Shown: one piece after another, positions 46,082 through 55,500 of the stretch
Numbering within the stretch: the first letter of the stretch is position 1
Layout of the letters: each line of letters starts with the position of its first letter
DNA from: an uncultured bacterium
Lineage (GTDB): Bacteria > Desulfobacterota > Deferrimicrobia > J040
Assembly: GCA_964429585.1 (NCBI GenBank)
Contig: CAYSCN010000008.1
Span: forward strand, 7,530-71,529
Reading direction: 5' to 3'
Length of the DNA stretch: 64,000 nucleotides
Made by a program: the position numbers and the translations under genes
The notes under the pieces: model-generated
The model's database searches: none
What the model was told of the DNA's origin: nothing
What the model saw: only the letters and a program-made list of their open reading frames with translations

Positions 46082-47461
46082 TCACTTGAAATCCTTCAAG
46101 GACATGTTGTACTTTTTCATTTTCTCGAAAAAGTTCTTATTGTCCATCCCAGCCAGCCTGGCAGCCTCCGAGAGCTTGCCTCCCGCCTTCCTCAACGCGT
46201 GCTCCAGGTATTTCCTCTCGAAATACGAAACCACCATCTCCTTCGCCTCTCTGAACGGAGCGTCTAGATTAAGCGGAAACTCATCCCTTGTAGAATTGGG
46301 GGAAATGAAATCTCCTATGTTGTCGAGAATCTCTCCTCTGCAGGAAATCACCGCTCTCTCTATCACGTTCTGAAGTTCCCTCACGTTTCCTGGCCAGTCG
46401 TAGTTTTCTATTATTCTAATGGACTCTTTCGAAAGTCCCTTTATCTTTTTCCCCATCTTCCGGGCGCACGATTCTAGAAAAAGCTCAGCGAGCGGCGCGA
46501 TATCCTCCTTCCTCTCCCTCAGCGGGGGGATGTGAATCGGATAAACGTTCAGGCGGTAATAAAGATCCCTCCTGAATCTGCCCTTTTCCACCTCCTCCTC
46601 CAGATCCTTGTTCGTCGCGGCTATGATACGCACGTCTACCTCTATCTCCCTCGTTCCGCCTATCCTCATAAATTTTTTGTCCTGAATAGCCCTCAACAGC
46701 TTCGCCTGTGAGGAAAGCGGGACCTCTCCGACTTCGTCCAGAAAAATTGTTCCCCCGTGAGCAAGCTGAATGAGCCCCTTCTTGTCCCTCGATGCTCCCG
46801 TGAACGCCCCTCTGGTGAATCCAAACAACTCCGACTCGAAGAGAGTCTCAGGAAGAGCCGCACAGTTGACTTCCACGAAGGGTTTGTCTCTTCTAACACC
46901 GGTGTAGTGAATGGTCTTCGCCAGAAGCTGCTTCCCCGTTCCGGTCTCTCCAGTTATGAGAACGGTGGTGTCGACATCTTTCAGCTCCTCCACCTGCTCC
47001 AGTATCCTCTTCATTTGAGGGCTCTCGGCGACAAGCAGCGAACTCCTCTTGAACTGGTCCTGAGATCTCTCCGCGCGCGCTCTTTTCTCCGCCTTGAGCT
47101 CACTGAACTCAATAGCTCTTCCGATGAGCAGGATTATCTCCTCCGGATCGAAGGGTTTCAAAACGTAGTCCTCGGCGCCGGCTTTCATCGCAGAAACCGC
47201 AGTTTTTATGCTCCCATAAGCGGTCATCACTATGACCGGAAGATCCGGGAACTCCTTTTTCACCCACGACGTGAAATCTATCCCGGATACCCCGGGCATT
47301 CTCACGTCTGTCAAAACCAGATCGAACTCGTCCTCCTTGAGCTTGTTTATGGCGTCCTCGGCCGAGAAAGCGACATCCACCTCGTAACCCGCCTTTTCTA
47401 TGTTGCGGGCAAGAGGTTTTACGAATATGACCTCGTCATCTACCAGCAGAACCTTCCTCAT
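46082..47461 (-). CDS. sigma54-dependent response regulator (NtrC family), CbrB-like
   Basis: REC (LLVDDE...LVLTDVRMPGVSG). AAA+ (GETGTGKQ, GAFTGAS, ESELFGFTRGAFTGA). C-terminal HTH. Confidence 0.9.
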   Translation of the reverse strand: MRKVLLVDDEVIFVKPLARNIEKAGYEVDVAFSAEDAINKLKEDEFDLVLTDVRMPGVSGIDFTSWVKKEFPDLPVIVMTAYGSIKTAVSAMKAGAEDYVLKPFDPEEIILLIGRAIEFSELKAEKRARAERSQDQFKRSSLLVAESPQMKRILEQVEELKDVDTTVLITGETGTGKQLLAKTIHYTGVRRDKPFVEVNCAALPETLFESELFGFTRGAFTGASRDKKGLIQLAHGGTIFLDEVGEVPLSSQAKLLRAIQDKKFMRIGGTREIEVDVRIIAATNKDLEEEVEKGRFRRDLYYRLNVYPIHIPPLRERKEDIAPLAELFLESCARKMGKKIKGLSKESIRIIENYDWPGNVRELQNVIERAVISCRGEILDNIGDFISPNSTRDEFPLNLDAPFREAKEMVVSYFERKYLEHALRKAGGKLSEAARLAGMDNKNFFEKMKKYNMSLKDFK

Positions 47462-47470
47462 ATCGCCACC

Positions 47471-50400
47471 TTAGAACATGTAAAAAGATTTGGGAACAAT
47501 CACCCTGACCCTGGTTCCCTCACCGGGGCTGCTTTCAAGACTCACCTCACCACCGTGAAGCTCTATTATACGCTTTACTATGGGAAGTCCAAGCCCAACT
47601 CCCTGAGCCTTGGTCGTGAAAAACGGCTGGAAAGCGTTTTTCAACCTCTCCTCGTCCATACCCTCCCCATTGTCCTCTATGGTTACTATGACCTGATCGT
47701 GGTTCTCTTCGAGGAATATGAGCACCCTTCCCTCACCAGCCGGAACCGAGTCTATCGCGTTCTTGATCAAATTCACGAAAACCTGCTTCATTCTCACTCC
47801 ATCCAGCTTGGCGTATACCGGATGTATCCCATCGAGCATCTCGACCTTTATCCTCTTCTCTTTAATTTGTTCCTCCAACTGCGCCAGAGCCCCCCGCAAC
47901 ACGTCCGCAACGTTGAACTCGTCGACCTGGAGTTTTATGTCCCTTGTGTAGTCGAGCAACTCGTTGACTATCGTTTCCATTGATGTTATCGCTTCCTCTA
48001 TATTTTCCAGCAGATCCTGAACCTCGCGCCCAACGCCGTCCTCTTTCAACAGCTTCAAGCACATCCTTATGGACCCCAGCGGATTCCTTATCTCGTGAGC
48101 GACACCGGCCGCCATCTGGCCCAGAGACGCCAGCTTCTCGCTCTGAATCAGCCGCACCTGCATCTTCTTGAACTCCTCCATATCCTTGAGCGAAAACACG
48201 AAGCCGGAAACCCTGCCCCCATCATCTATGATTCTCGAAGATGAAAGGAGCACGGGACATTCTGACCCGTCTTTCCTCAAGATTGTCACCTCTCCCCTCC
48301 AGCTCCCCTGTCTCGCAGTCGTTGTCCTTATCACGTTTTTCAACTCGCCGAATTCGGAGTCTTTCAGCAGGCTCCAGAACTCCTTTCCTGTCAGGTCAGA
48401 TTCCTTCCCTCTGATCAACCTCAGAGCCCCCTCGTTGAGATCGGTAATCCTGCCTCGAAGATCAGTGGAAACGATCCCGTCGTCGATGCTCCTCACAAGC
48501 GAAGCGAGGAACCTCTCCTTTGCCCTTATTTCCTCTTCCTGGTGGACCACCCTCTCACGAGCAACCCTGAGACTCCTCTCCATTTCCCTGTAAGACTGGA
48601 GCAATCCCTTTGCTTCATCCACTGTCAGCGGCAGAAGGTCTCTCATGACTCCCTTTGCCGCCACAGGGCCTATCGCACCTGTCAATATCCTCTCGATTCT
48701 GCTCTGAAGCGTGTATCCAGCCTTCCGGAAGCTACCCGAGCCATATTTTGCTCTTATCTCTTTTATCTCCCTCACTAGATGATCGACTTCGTGAACCTTC
48801 TCTTTCCCGGCATATCTCTCGACTATCTCGCTCAAATCCGATAGCGACACGTAATGATGCGATTCTCTCTCAAGCTCTTCCTCCACTGGCTCACTTTCCC
48901 TCTCGGGATTCACGAAGTACGATGCGATACGAACCTCCTCTTCCTTTTGTTCCGTCAAATACGAGACGACCACATACGTTGCCGCGTTGAAGAAGAGGCT
49001 CCAGACTATCCCCCCCGTGACTGGATCGAGAACACCGGTGTTGAAGAGGTCGTGAGGTTTCAGGGCGGATATTCCAAAGACTCCCCTGGTCATCACCTCA
49101 CTGCCAATCAATCCGGCCTTGACGAGCGCGGGAATGACCAGCGTCATGAACCATATTCCGAATCCCACGGTGAGTCCGCTCAGCACCCCAGGCTTGTTCC
49201 CCCTCCTGAACAGAAACGCACCGAAGGTTGCCGGACCAAATTGTGCGACCCCGGCAAACGAGATCAGTCCTATCTCCATGAGAACCGACTGCCTGGACAT
49301 TCCCACCGTGTAGAGGTAACCGAGAAATATGACGAGCAGCATCGACACCCTGGCTGTGAACAGGAGCTGTTGATATGTCTGGGATTCTTTCCTGAGCCTA
49401 AGAATGATCGGAAAGAATATGTTGTTCGCCAGCATTTTTCCCAGGGCGATGGTGGAAACTATTACCATCGCCGTGGCAGCGGAGAAACCGCCCAGAAAAA
49501 CGAAGAGACTCAGCAGTTTCTTTCCCATCATCAGGGGAATCGAAAGTATGTACCTGTCCCCCATCTCTGGAGAAAGGCCCAGCAACCTGCCCGAAAGAGC
49601 TACCGGTATCACGAACGCGTTGATGATAAGCATATATAGTGGAAACATCCACATGAGAGTCTTCACGTGTTTCTCGTCGGTATTCTGAACGACCAGGACG
49701 TGAAACTGCCTCGGAAGAATGACCACGTCGAACACCGCTATCAACATGAATGCCATCCATCTGCCGTAGGCACTTCCCGGTGAAGTCGACAGGTTGAGCA
49801 AAGCCGAAAGCTCTGGGCTCTCCAGAGCCTTCGAGTAAACTTTTGTCAGCCCACCAGAAACGGAGAAAACTATGAACGCACCGGCGACGAGGAATATCAG
49901 AATCTTCACAACCGATTCGAAGGCGATAGCCGACAGAATCCCTCCCTGCCTTTTGGCGAGGTCGAGATACCTTCCCCCGAACGCCAGCGCGAAAATGGCG
50001 AGATACACCGTGATCAGGAACGTGGGACTCACGTAATCCCTGAGCACCGAAGCGCCGCCGATGAGATCGAGGGTTATCCTGATTGCGCGGAGCTGAAGGG
50101 CAATATAGGGAACGATCGCCACGAGCAGGAAAAGCGTGGAAACTATACCTATCATACTTGATCTGCCGTATCTGATACTAAGGAGGTCGGGGACTGATGT
50201 CACGCTGAACTCCCTGCAAACGCGTATAACTTTCCTCAGAAACACCCACCATGTCAGCGCGAAAATCGACGGGCCTATGAATAGCGCGAGGAAGGTGTAA
50301 CCGCTGTGCGCGCAGTTCCCTATGCACCCGTAGAACGTCCAGGACGTGCAGTATACCCCGGCAGCGAGGACGTATATGTATCTATCCCACCCCTTGCTCC

Positions 50401-50506
50401 TGAAATAGTGAAAATACCGCTCGCCAAGGCTCGCTATTAAAGAAAGAAGAAAGAAGTAAAGGGTTATGACCAGTATGACGGTTATTTCCGAAAACGGTCC
50501 CTTCAT
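47471..50506 (-). CDS. Sensor histidine kinase with N-terminal sodium:solute symporter (SSF/SLC5) domain, STAC domain, PAS, HisKA and HATPase_c (CbrA-type architecture)
   Basis: ~13 TM SSF-like N-terminal half (first ~500 aa). STAC-like linker. PAS (...DDGIVSTDLRGRITDLNEGA...). H-box GVAHEIRNPLGSI. ATPase boxes (LIKNAIDS, DNGEGM, GVGLGLPIVKRI). Confidence 0.85.
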   Translation of the reverse strand: MKGPFSEITVILVITLYFFLLSLIASLGERYFHYFRSKGWDRYIYVLAAGVYCTSWTFYGCIGNCAHSGYTFLALFIGPSIFALTWWVFLRKVIRVCREFSVTSVPDLLSIRYGRSSMIGIVSTLFLLVAIVPYIALQLRAIRITLDLIGGASVLRDYVSPTFLITVYLAIFALAFGGRYLDLAKRQGGILSAIAFESVVKILIFLVAGAFIVFSVSGGLTKVYSKALESPELSALLNLSTSPGSAYGRWMAFMLIAVFDVVILPRQFHVLVVQNTDEKHVKTLMWMFPLYMLIINAFVIPVALSGRLLGLSPEMGDRYILSIPLMMGKKLLSLFVFLGGFSAATAMVIVSTIALGKMLANNIFFPIILRLRKESQTYQQLLFTARVSMLLVIFLGYLYTVGMSRQSVLMEIGLISFAGVAQFGPATFGAFLFRRGNKPGVLSGLTVGFGIWFMTLVIPALVKAGLIGSEVMTRGVFGISALKPHDLFNTGVLDPVTGGIVWSLFFNAATYVVVSYLTEQKEEEVRIASYFVNPERESEPVEEELERESHHYVSLSDLSEIVERYAGKEKVHEVDHLVREIKEIRAKYGSGSFRKAGYTLQSRIERILTGAIGPVAAKGVMRDLLPLTVDEAKGLLQSYREMERSLRVARERVVHQEEEIRAKERFLASLVRSIDDGIVSTDLRGRITDLNEGALRLIRGKESDLTGKEFWSLLKDSEFGELKNVIRTTTARQGSWRGEVTILRKDGSECPVLLSSSRIIDDGGRVSGFVFSLKDMEEFKKMQVRLIQSEKLASLGQMAAGVAHEIRNPLGSIRMCLKLLKEDGVGREVQDLLENIEEAITSMETIVNELLDYTRDIKLQVDEFNVADVLRGALAQLEEQIKEKRIKVEMLDGIHPVYAKLDGVRMKQVFVNLIKNAIDSVPAGEGRVLIFLEENHDQVIVTIEDNGEGMDEERLKNAFQPFFTTKAQGVGLGLPIVKRIIELHGGEVSLESSPGEGTRVRVIVPKSFYMF

Positions 50507-50515
50507 GACCCAGGA

Positions 50516-50707
50516 CTATTCTTTTCTCCTTGAAAGAGAATAAGCGGCCATTATAGTGAGAACCCACAGAAGGGTTATGAAAAAAATGCTGACGGGAATC
50601 CCCAGTACAGTCCCGGCTCCTTCGAAAATTCTGAGAACCGGCCAGTTGAGGAGGACGGCGAAAATAATGAAGAAAGCCAGCGCCTTGCCTTTCTGCTCTC
50701 TTTTCAT
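50516..50707 (-). CDS. Small two-TM membrane protein translationally coupled to the CbrA-like gene (cbrX-like / SSF small-subunit-like)
   Basis: 63 aa with two hydrophobic helices. Stop overlaps the kinase start by 11 nt. Confidence 0.5.
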   Translation of the reverse strand: MKREQKGKALAFFIIFAVLLNWPVLRIFEGAGTVLGIPVSIFFITLLWVLTIMAAYSLSRRKE

Positions 50708-50791
50708 GTGTACCTCAGTGTTTTCCCTTGAAAAAAAATGGTATGTTATTATAGTAATTTATGGATTTTGATATGTAAACAGGAGGCGGTC

Positions 50792-50875
50792 ATGGACCTT
50801 TCTTTCTGGATACCGTTTGGACTGCTCGTAGCGGGAACCATCGTGATAACCCTGAATATTTTCATATACAAGTAG
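50792..50875 (+). CDS. Putative 27-aa single-TM micropeptide (MDLSFWIPFGLLVAGTIVITLNIFIYK)
   Basis: Not in the ORF track (below size cutoff). Strong AGGAGG RBS 5 nt upstream of ATG. Immediately upstream of the DUF4124 gene. Confidence 0.3.
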   Translation: MDLSFWIPFGLLVAGTIVITLNIFIYK

Positions 50876-50888
50876 CACGACAATAAAC

Positions 50889-51428
50889 ATGCGTAAAGGA
50901 AACAAAGTCGCGTCTCTTTGCCTGGTCCTGCTAGTGATGATACTATGCACACTTCCCTCCAAAAATGGTCGAGCCGAAATATATCGCTGGGTAGATGAAA
51001 ACGGCGTCATCCATTACACCGACAGCTTGATGAACATCCCAGAGAAGTACAAGAACAAGGCTGAAAAACCCAAACTCCCGGAAATAAACACTTACGAAGA
51101 ACCATCCCCCGTGGTCTCCCCGGCAACCGGAGAAGAACCCGGGGCAAAATCCACCACCCTGGGGAAAAACCTCGACGAAATCAGAAAAGAATTAGAGATA
51201 CTGAAAGCTCAGATAGAAGCCAAAAAAGAGTTGATTGAATCCGTGGAAAACAAGCGCAACCTCGCCATAAACCCATTCAGAAACAGAATAATCCCCCCGG
51301 AAGACTTAAAACTTTACGAGAAATACAAAAAGGAACTTCCTCAGGACGAGAAACGGCTGGAAGAGCTCACGAGGATGCTCTCTGAAGAGCTTGGAATCGG
51401 CGAAAAAACCGGAAAAGAGGAAGAGTAG
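50889..51428 (+). CDS. DUF4124-domain secreted protein
   Basis: Signal peptide + IYRWVDENGVIHYTD motif typical of DUF4124. C-terminal coiled coil. Confidence 0.7.
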   Translation: MRKGNKVASLCLVLLVMILCTLPSKNGRAEIYRWVDENGVIHYTDSLMNIPEKYKNKAEKPKLPEINTYEEPSPVVSPATGEEPGAKSTTLGKNLDEIRKELEILKAQIEAKKELIESVENKRNLAINPFRNRIIPPEDLKLYEKYKKELPQDEKRLEELTRMLSEELGIGEKTGKEEE

Positions 51429-51659
51429 ATGGCGAAATCTCGACCTCCGCGGGATGATACATCCGATCTAAATTTTCCGTATGATGAAGAGCTTCAGAAA
51501 GCGCTCGAGAAACTCGATCGCGAATATTTTCAGAAGCTGGACAGGATGAAAAAAGATGTGGAAAGGTTTCTCTCGATAGACGAAGCTATCGAGACTTATC
51601 TGAAAAGCCTTGAAAGTGAGACAGCACCCGATAGAGATCCTCCGGATATGGACAGTTGA
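51429..51659 (+). CDS. Small acidic coiled-coil protein (hypothetical), start abuts DUF4124 stop
   Basis: TAGATG junction suggests coupling. Overlaps 3' end of the convergent RluA-family pseudouridine synthase gene by ~74 nt, so uncertain. Confidence 0.3.
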   Translation: MAKSRPPRDDTSDLNFPYDEELQKALEKLDREYFQKLDRMKKDVERFLSIDEAIETYLKSLESETAPDRDPPDMDS

Positions 51660-52533
51660 TGGTCATCTTCACGTTCCCATCGGGGTGAACGAACTCTATC
51701 GCCGCCGAGTGCAAAAGAGGCCTTATGGGTAACTCCTTCATAGGAGGGATCACCTTTCCCCCATATTTCTCGTCTCCCAGGATCGGTAATCCCGCAAAAG
51801 CGGCATGAGCCCTTATTTGATGCATTCTCCCTTTCCTGATGACTGCTCTTACGAGCGTCAACCCCTCGAGCTTTTTTTCCGGAATGAATATCGTGTGATA
51901 GTTTTCGTCCTCAAAGTGCTCGTTACTCGAAACCTTAACCCTGGCACCGCCTGTCGTTATGATCTTGTTCGTAACCCTCACTTCTCCATCCAGTGAAGAG
52001 TGGGTCAAAAATATGTAGGTTTTAAGGATTCTCCCCTCATCCTGGGCCAGCTTGAGGGCCTCCAAAGCGGAATCCGTTCTGCCCATGAGCACCAGACCGC
52101 TCGTCTCATAGTCCAGACGAGAGAGAAACCTGGGAGGTCTCATGAACTCGTCGTCAAAATCGGGAGCGAACATATACGCTGCATAATTTGCTAGGGTGTC
52201 CTTCTCGGCGTAGTGCGCAGGCAGCGTGTGCATGAAAGGAGGCTTGTATAGCGCAGCCACGTGCTCGTCCCTGTAAATCACCTTGGGGCCGTAAAGAAAA
52301 TTGGGCCAGTATTTGATGTCTGTTCTGCTCTGAAGCCTGATCACGGTGATCTTGTCGCCTTCCCTGAGATTCTCTCCCTTTCTCGCCTCCCTCCCGTTCA
52401 CGAGTATTGCTCTCTCAACGAACGCACGTCTTATGGCGCTTCGGGTCACGTCCGGAAACTTCTCCTTCAAAAAAGCATCCAGCCTCTTACCCTCGTCTTT
52501 TTTGTCCACTATGAGTGATACGTTTTTATACAC
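51586..52533 (-). CDS. RluA-family pseudouridine synthase (RluD-like, with N-terminal S4 domain)
   Basis: Motif II SRLDYETSGLVLMGRT with catalytic Asp. MHQIRAHAAFAGLPILGD motif III. Confidence 0.85.
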   Translation of the reverse strand: MYKNVSLIVDKKDEGKRLDAFLKEKFPDVTRSAIRRAFVERAILVNGREARKGENLREGDKITVIRLQSRTDIKYWPNFLYGPKVIYRDEHVAALYKPPFMHTLPAHYAEKDTLANYAAYMFAPDFDDEFMRPPRFLSRLDYETSGLVLMGRTDSALEALKLAQDEGRILKTYIFLTHSSLDGEVRVTNKIITTGGARVKVSSNEHFEDENYHTIFIPEKKLEGLTLVRAVIRKGRMHQIRAHAAFAGLPILGDEKYGGKVIPPMKELPIRPLLHSAAIEFVHPDGNVKMTINCPYPEDLYRVLSHFQGFSDKSR

Positions 52534-53188
52534 GATTGCCGAACCTTTCTCTGATTATTTCCACTCCTTTTATCAGATTACCGTCTTCCAGCACAAAATC
52601 CGCCTTCCTCTCCAGCTCACGAGAGGTGGGCTCCACGGCAATCCTCAAACCCGCCGCGTCGAACATTTCCAAATCCCCGTCGCTGTCGCCCAAGACCACC
52701 ACTTCTTCTCTTTTGATGCCGAGATCCGACTTGAGTCTCCTGACTATTTGAGGTTTTTCGTGCCAGTCCACGCAAACTTCCACCTCCCCCGTGAGCACAC
52801 TCCCATCGTGCACCAGCCGATTCGAAAATGCGAATTCCAAATCGAACTCTTCTCTAATCTTTTCCACGAGGAAGCTCAACCCCGTTGAAACCAGCGCAAA
52901 CTTTCTGCCGTCGTCTTTCAGGAATGAAAAGAACTCCTCGATTCCTTCCCGGTATTCTATCTCATCGATTATCCTCAATACGTCTTTCAGCGGGATTCCT
53001 CTCCAGAGCCTGGCGTCGAGCTCGCAAAATTCCCTGTAAGATATCTCACCTCTCCTGAACATCTCCTGGTATTTTTCCGCCTGCCCGGTCCATATGCCGA
53101 GCCTCTCGTGCACGTATTGCCAGGAACTCCTGACTTTAGTCAGCGTTCCATCAACGTCCAGGACTACGAGTTTAGGCATGGCAACCAC
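52526..53188 (-). CDS. HAD-superfamily hydrolase (subfamily IB, phosphoserine-phosphatase-like)
   Basis: Motif I LVVLDVDGTLT. Motif IV LGDSDGDLEMF. Confidence 0.8.
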   Translation of the reverse strand: MVAMPKLVVLDVDGTLTKVRSSWQYVHERLGIWTGQAEKYQEMFRRGEISYREFCELDARLWRGIPLKDVLRIIDEIEYREGIEEFFSFLKDDGRKFALVSTGLSFLVEKIREEFDLEFAFSNRLVHDGSVLTGEVEVCVDWHEKPQIVRRLKSDLGIKREEVVVLGDSDGDLEMFDAAGLRIAVEPTSRELERKADFVLEDGNLIKGVEIIRERFGNRV

Positions 53189-53270
53189 CCCACCAGTCGA
53201 ATGCTAATATCGGAATTACGAGAGAACCTGATGCTGGACACCTCGCATTACCTCACAAGTAGATTATACG

Positions 53271-54485
53271 TCATTCCCCTTCAGTAACCTCGCCACTCAC
53301 GCCGGTTATCAACTCGAGCTGAGTCTCCACTTTCTGCAGCTTACGCCTGGCCTCCTCGTATTTCCTCGAAGCGAGGTCAAGGTTCCTTCCAAGCCCTCCA
53401 AAAGTTTCGAGAAACCCGGCAATGCTCCTCTGCAACTCTTCCATCCTTCCTCTCATCTCGATCGCTTCCTTCTCTATCTTAAACCCTTTGAGACCGAAGG
53501 CTATAGCCACGAGGTACGCGTAAAAACTGTTTGGTGATACAGGAACTACTCTCCTCCTCACGGCATACGAATAAAGGTCCTCATGAGCCACATCGTTCTC
53601 GTCACGCCTGAGTATGATCTCGTAATAGACGTTCTCGGCGGGAATATACATCAGCGCGAAATCGTAAGTTCCCTCTTCTGGCTTTATGTATCTGTCTGCA
53701 ATCTCGTCTATTCTCTTCTTTACCGTCTGTATGAATTCCCTCCTGAATTTTTTCTTTTCAGACTCCTCGGTCGCAGACGTAAGTCTGGAAAAGCTCTCGA
53801 GCGGAAACTTGGAGTCGATTGGTATTATGTTTCCGCCCAACTTGATTATGGCATCCACCTTCTCACCGCTCCTGAAACGATACTGGAACTCGTAGTTTTC
53901 CTGCGGCAGCATCTGCCTCAACATATCCTCGAGCATCACCTCACCCACGCTTCCTCTGAGCTTCGGAGACTTCAATATCTCCTGCAATTTCGACACATCC
54001 TCACCGAGCTCTTTCATTCTCCTCGCCTGCTCTTCCAGCGCTCCGAGAGTCGTCCTCACGTCGCTGATTATCCTGACCGTTCCCTCAAGCTGCTCACTTA
54101 TGTTCTTTTGAGCAATTCCTAGCTGTTCGTTCAGCAATTTCTGCGACTTCTGAAGCTGCTCCGTGAGATTCCTCGAAACCTCCGCGAGGTTTTTCACCAC
54201 CAGCTGCATCCCCGAGTTTAAACCTTCAGACAGTATCCGCTGAGATTCCATCATCGACTCTCGAATGTCCTTCTGAAGCCTGACGGCCTCTTCGATCTGC
54301 TTCTCCCTCAATGAGGATATCTCTTCCTGCATGGTCTTCAGCACCTGGAAAACCACCGAATCCTCTTCCGTCCTTCTGGTCCTATCGTCGAAATACTTCC
54401 TGATCAGATAAATGGCAACGCCAAGGAACAAAACGGCCACGAATATTGCCATAACCATCAGGAAATATGGGGAAGCACCCGTCAT
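53271..54485 (-). CDS. rmuC: DNA recombination protein RmuC
   Basis: N-terminal TM, long coiled coil, conserved C-terminal RmuC region (...ALMYIPAENVYYEI...). Confidence 0.75.
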   Translation of the reverse strand: MTGASPYFLMVMAIFVAVLFLGVAIYLIRKYFDDRTRRTEEDSVVFQVLKTMQEEISSLREKQIEEAVRLQKDIRESMMESQRILSEGLNSGMQLVVKNLAEVSRNLTEQLQKSQKLLNEQLGIAQKNISEQLEGTVRIISDVRTTLGALEEQARRMKELGEDVSKLQEILKSPKLRGSVGEVMLEDMLRQMLPQENYEFQYRFRSGEKVDAIIKLGGNIIPIDSKFPLESFSRLTSATEESEKKKFRREFIQTVKKRIDEIADRYIKPEEGTYDFALMYIPAENVYYEIILRRDENDVAHEDLYSYAVRRRVVPVSPNSFYAYLVAIAFGLKGFKIEKEAIEMRGRMEELQRSIAGFLETFGGLGRNLDLASRKYEEARRKLQKVETQLELITGVSGEVTEGE

Positions 54486-54538
54486 CGAAACCTCCAGAAA
54501 AGCTACTTCATTACCTCAGTAAAGAGGAAACTCTTCCC

Positions 54539-55420
54539 TCACTCTTTTGCTTTCATTCCAGCTAGTATTTCTATTATCGGCGGGATGAGCCTCGTGGCCA
54601 GGTGCGTGTGGGAACCACCTCCCAGAACAACCACAAGCCTCCCTTCACAAACTCTCTCTGCAAGTTCTACCATCATTTCCGCAATCGCGAAGTAACACGG
54701 CGCGGTCAGCCCTATGTCCCCGTAATCCCCGGCATGCGTATCGAACCCGAAATACCAGAATATCAACTCCGGCTCGAACCGCTCCACCCGGGGAGGAAAG
54801 TTTTCTTTCACGAGTTTCACGTATCTTTCATTCATCGAGCCCTCGTCCTTACCGTTCCAAAGCGACGGATACGGAAGATCCACTTTCGTCCCGTCTGAAG
54901 ACTCGTAATCACCTCCGCACACGCACACGTGAAGAAAATCCTTGTCTGTCGCAAATATGTCTCTGGTGCCATCCCCATGGTGAGCATCCGTATCGAGCAC
55001 AGCAAATCTCCTGACACCGTATTTCTCCCGAAGGTTAACCACACAGAGCGCCACGTCATTGAAGCAGCAATACCCTCCAAAATAGCTCCTTCCGGAATGA
55101 TGCCCCCCTGCGCCTATGAAGGCAAAAGCGTTCTCGACATCCCCCTCGACGACCTTTTCTCCCGCAGCGACGACGCCACCAGCGGAGTGCCAGGCCGTTG
55201 AACACAGAGGGTCCATCTTTACTCCCTCTATGAGAGCCGGAGTGTGAACCCTCAACACGAGCTCTCTCGACACGGGAGGAGACTCGTACATCCTGACTCT
55301 GCCGCTGCGAAGAACACCATCGAGAGCTGCGGGAAAGTCAGCGAGACGAGCCCCCACTGTGAGATAACTGCGCCTGGAAAAAGACGGGTGGTAGAAGATG
55401 CCCGTTCTGTATCTATTCAT
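54539..55420 (-). CDS. Histone-deacetylase-family (arginase/deacetylase fold) amidohydrolase, AcuC/acetylpolyamine-amidohydrolase-like
   Basis: Zinc-binding HDAC motifs GGHHSG..., FAVLDTDAHHGDGT, GGGSH. Confidence 0.85.
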   Translation of the reverse strand: MNRYRTGIFYHPSFSRRSYLTVGARLADFPAALDGVLRSGRVRMYESPPVSRELVLRVHTPALIEGVKMDPLCSTAWHSAGGVVAAGEKVVEGDVENAFAFIGAGGHHSGRSYFGGYCCFNDVALCVVNLREKYGVRRFAVLDTDAHHGDGTRDIFATDKDFLHVCVCGGDYESSDGTKVDLPYPSLWNGKDEGSMNERYVKLVKENFPPRVERFEPELIFWYFGFDTHAGDYGDIGLTAPCYFAIAEMMVELAERVCEGRLVVVLGGGSHTHLATRLIPPIIEILAGMKAKE

Positions 55421-55500
55421 GAAAAGATATTTTAACCGCCTAAGGCTTAAGTGTCACCAGATCAAACGGATACGGGTGAAATCTTGGAAGGTGAGGTTGC

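Noticed and set aside
46757-47983. 408-aa + strand ORF
   Set aside because: Antisense to the CbrB-like sigma54 regulator and the 3' end of the CbrA-like gene. No motifs. Shadow ORF.
48854-49639. 261-aa + strand ORF
   Set aside because: Antisense to the CbrA-like symporter domain. Composition dominated by R/H/E. No start context. Rejected.
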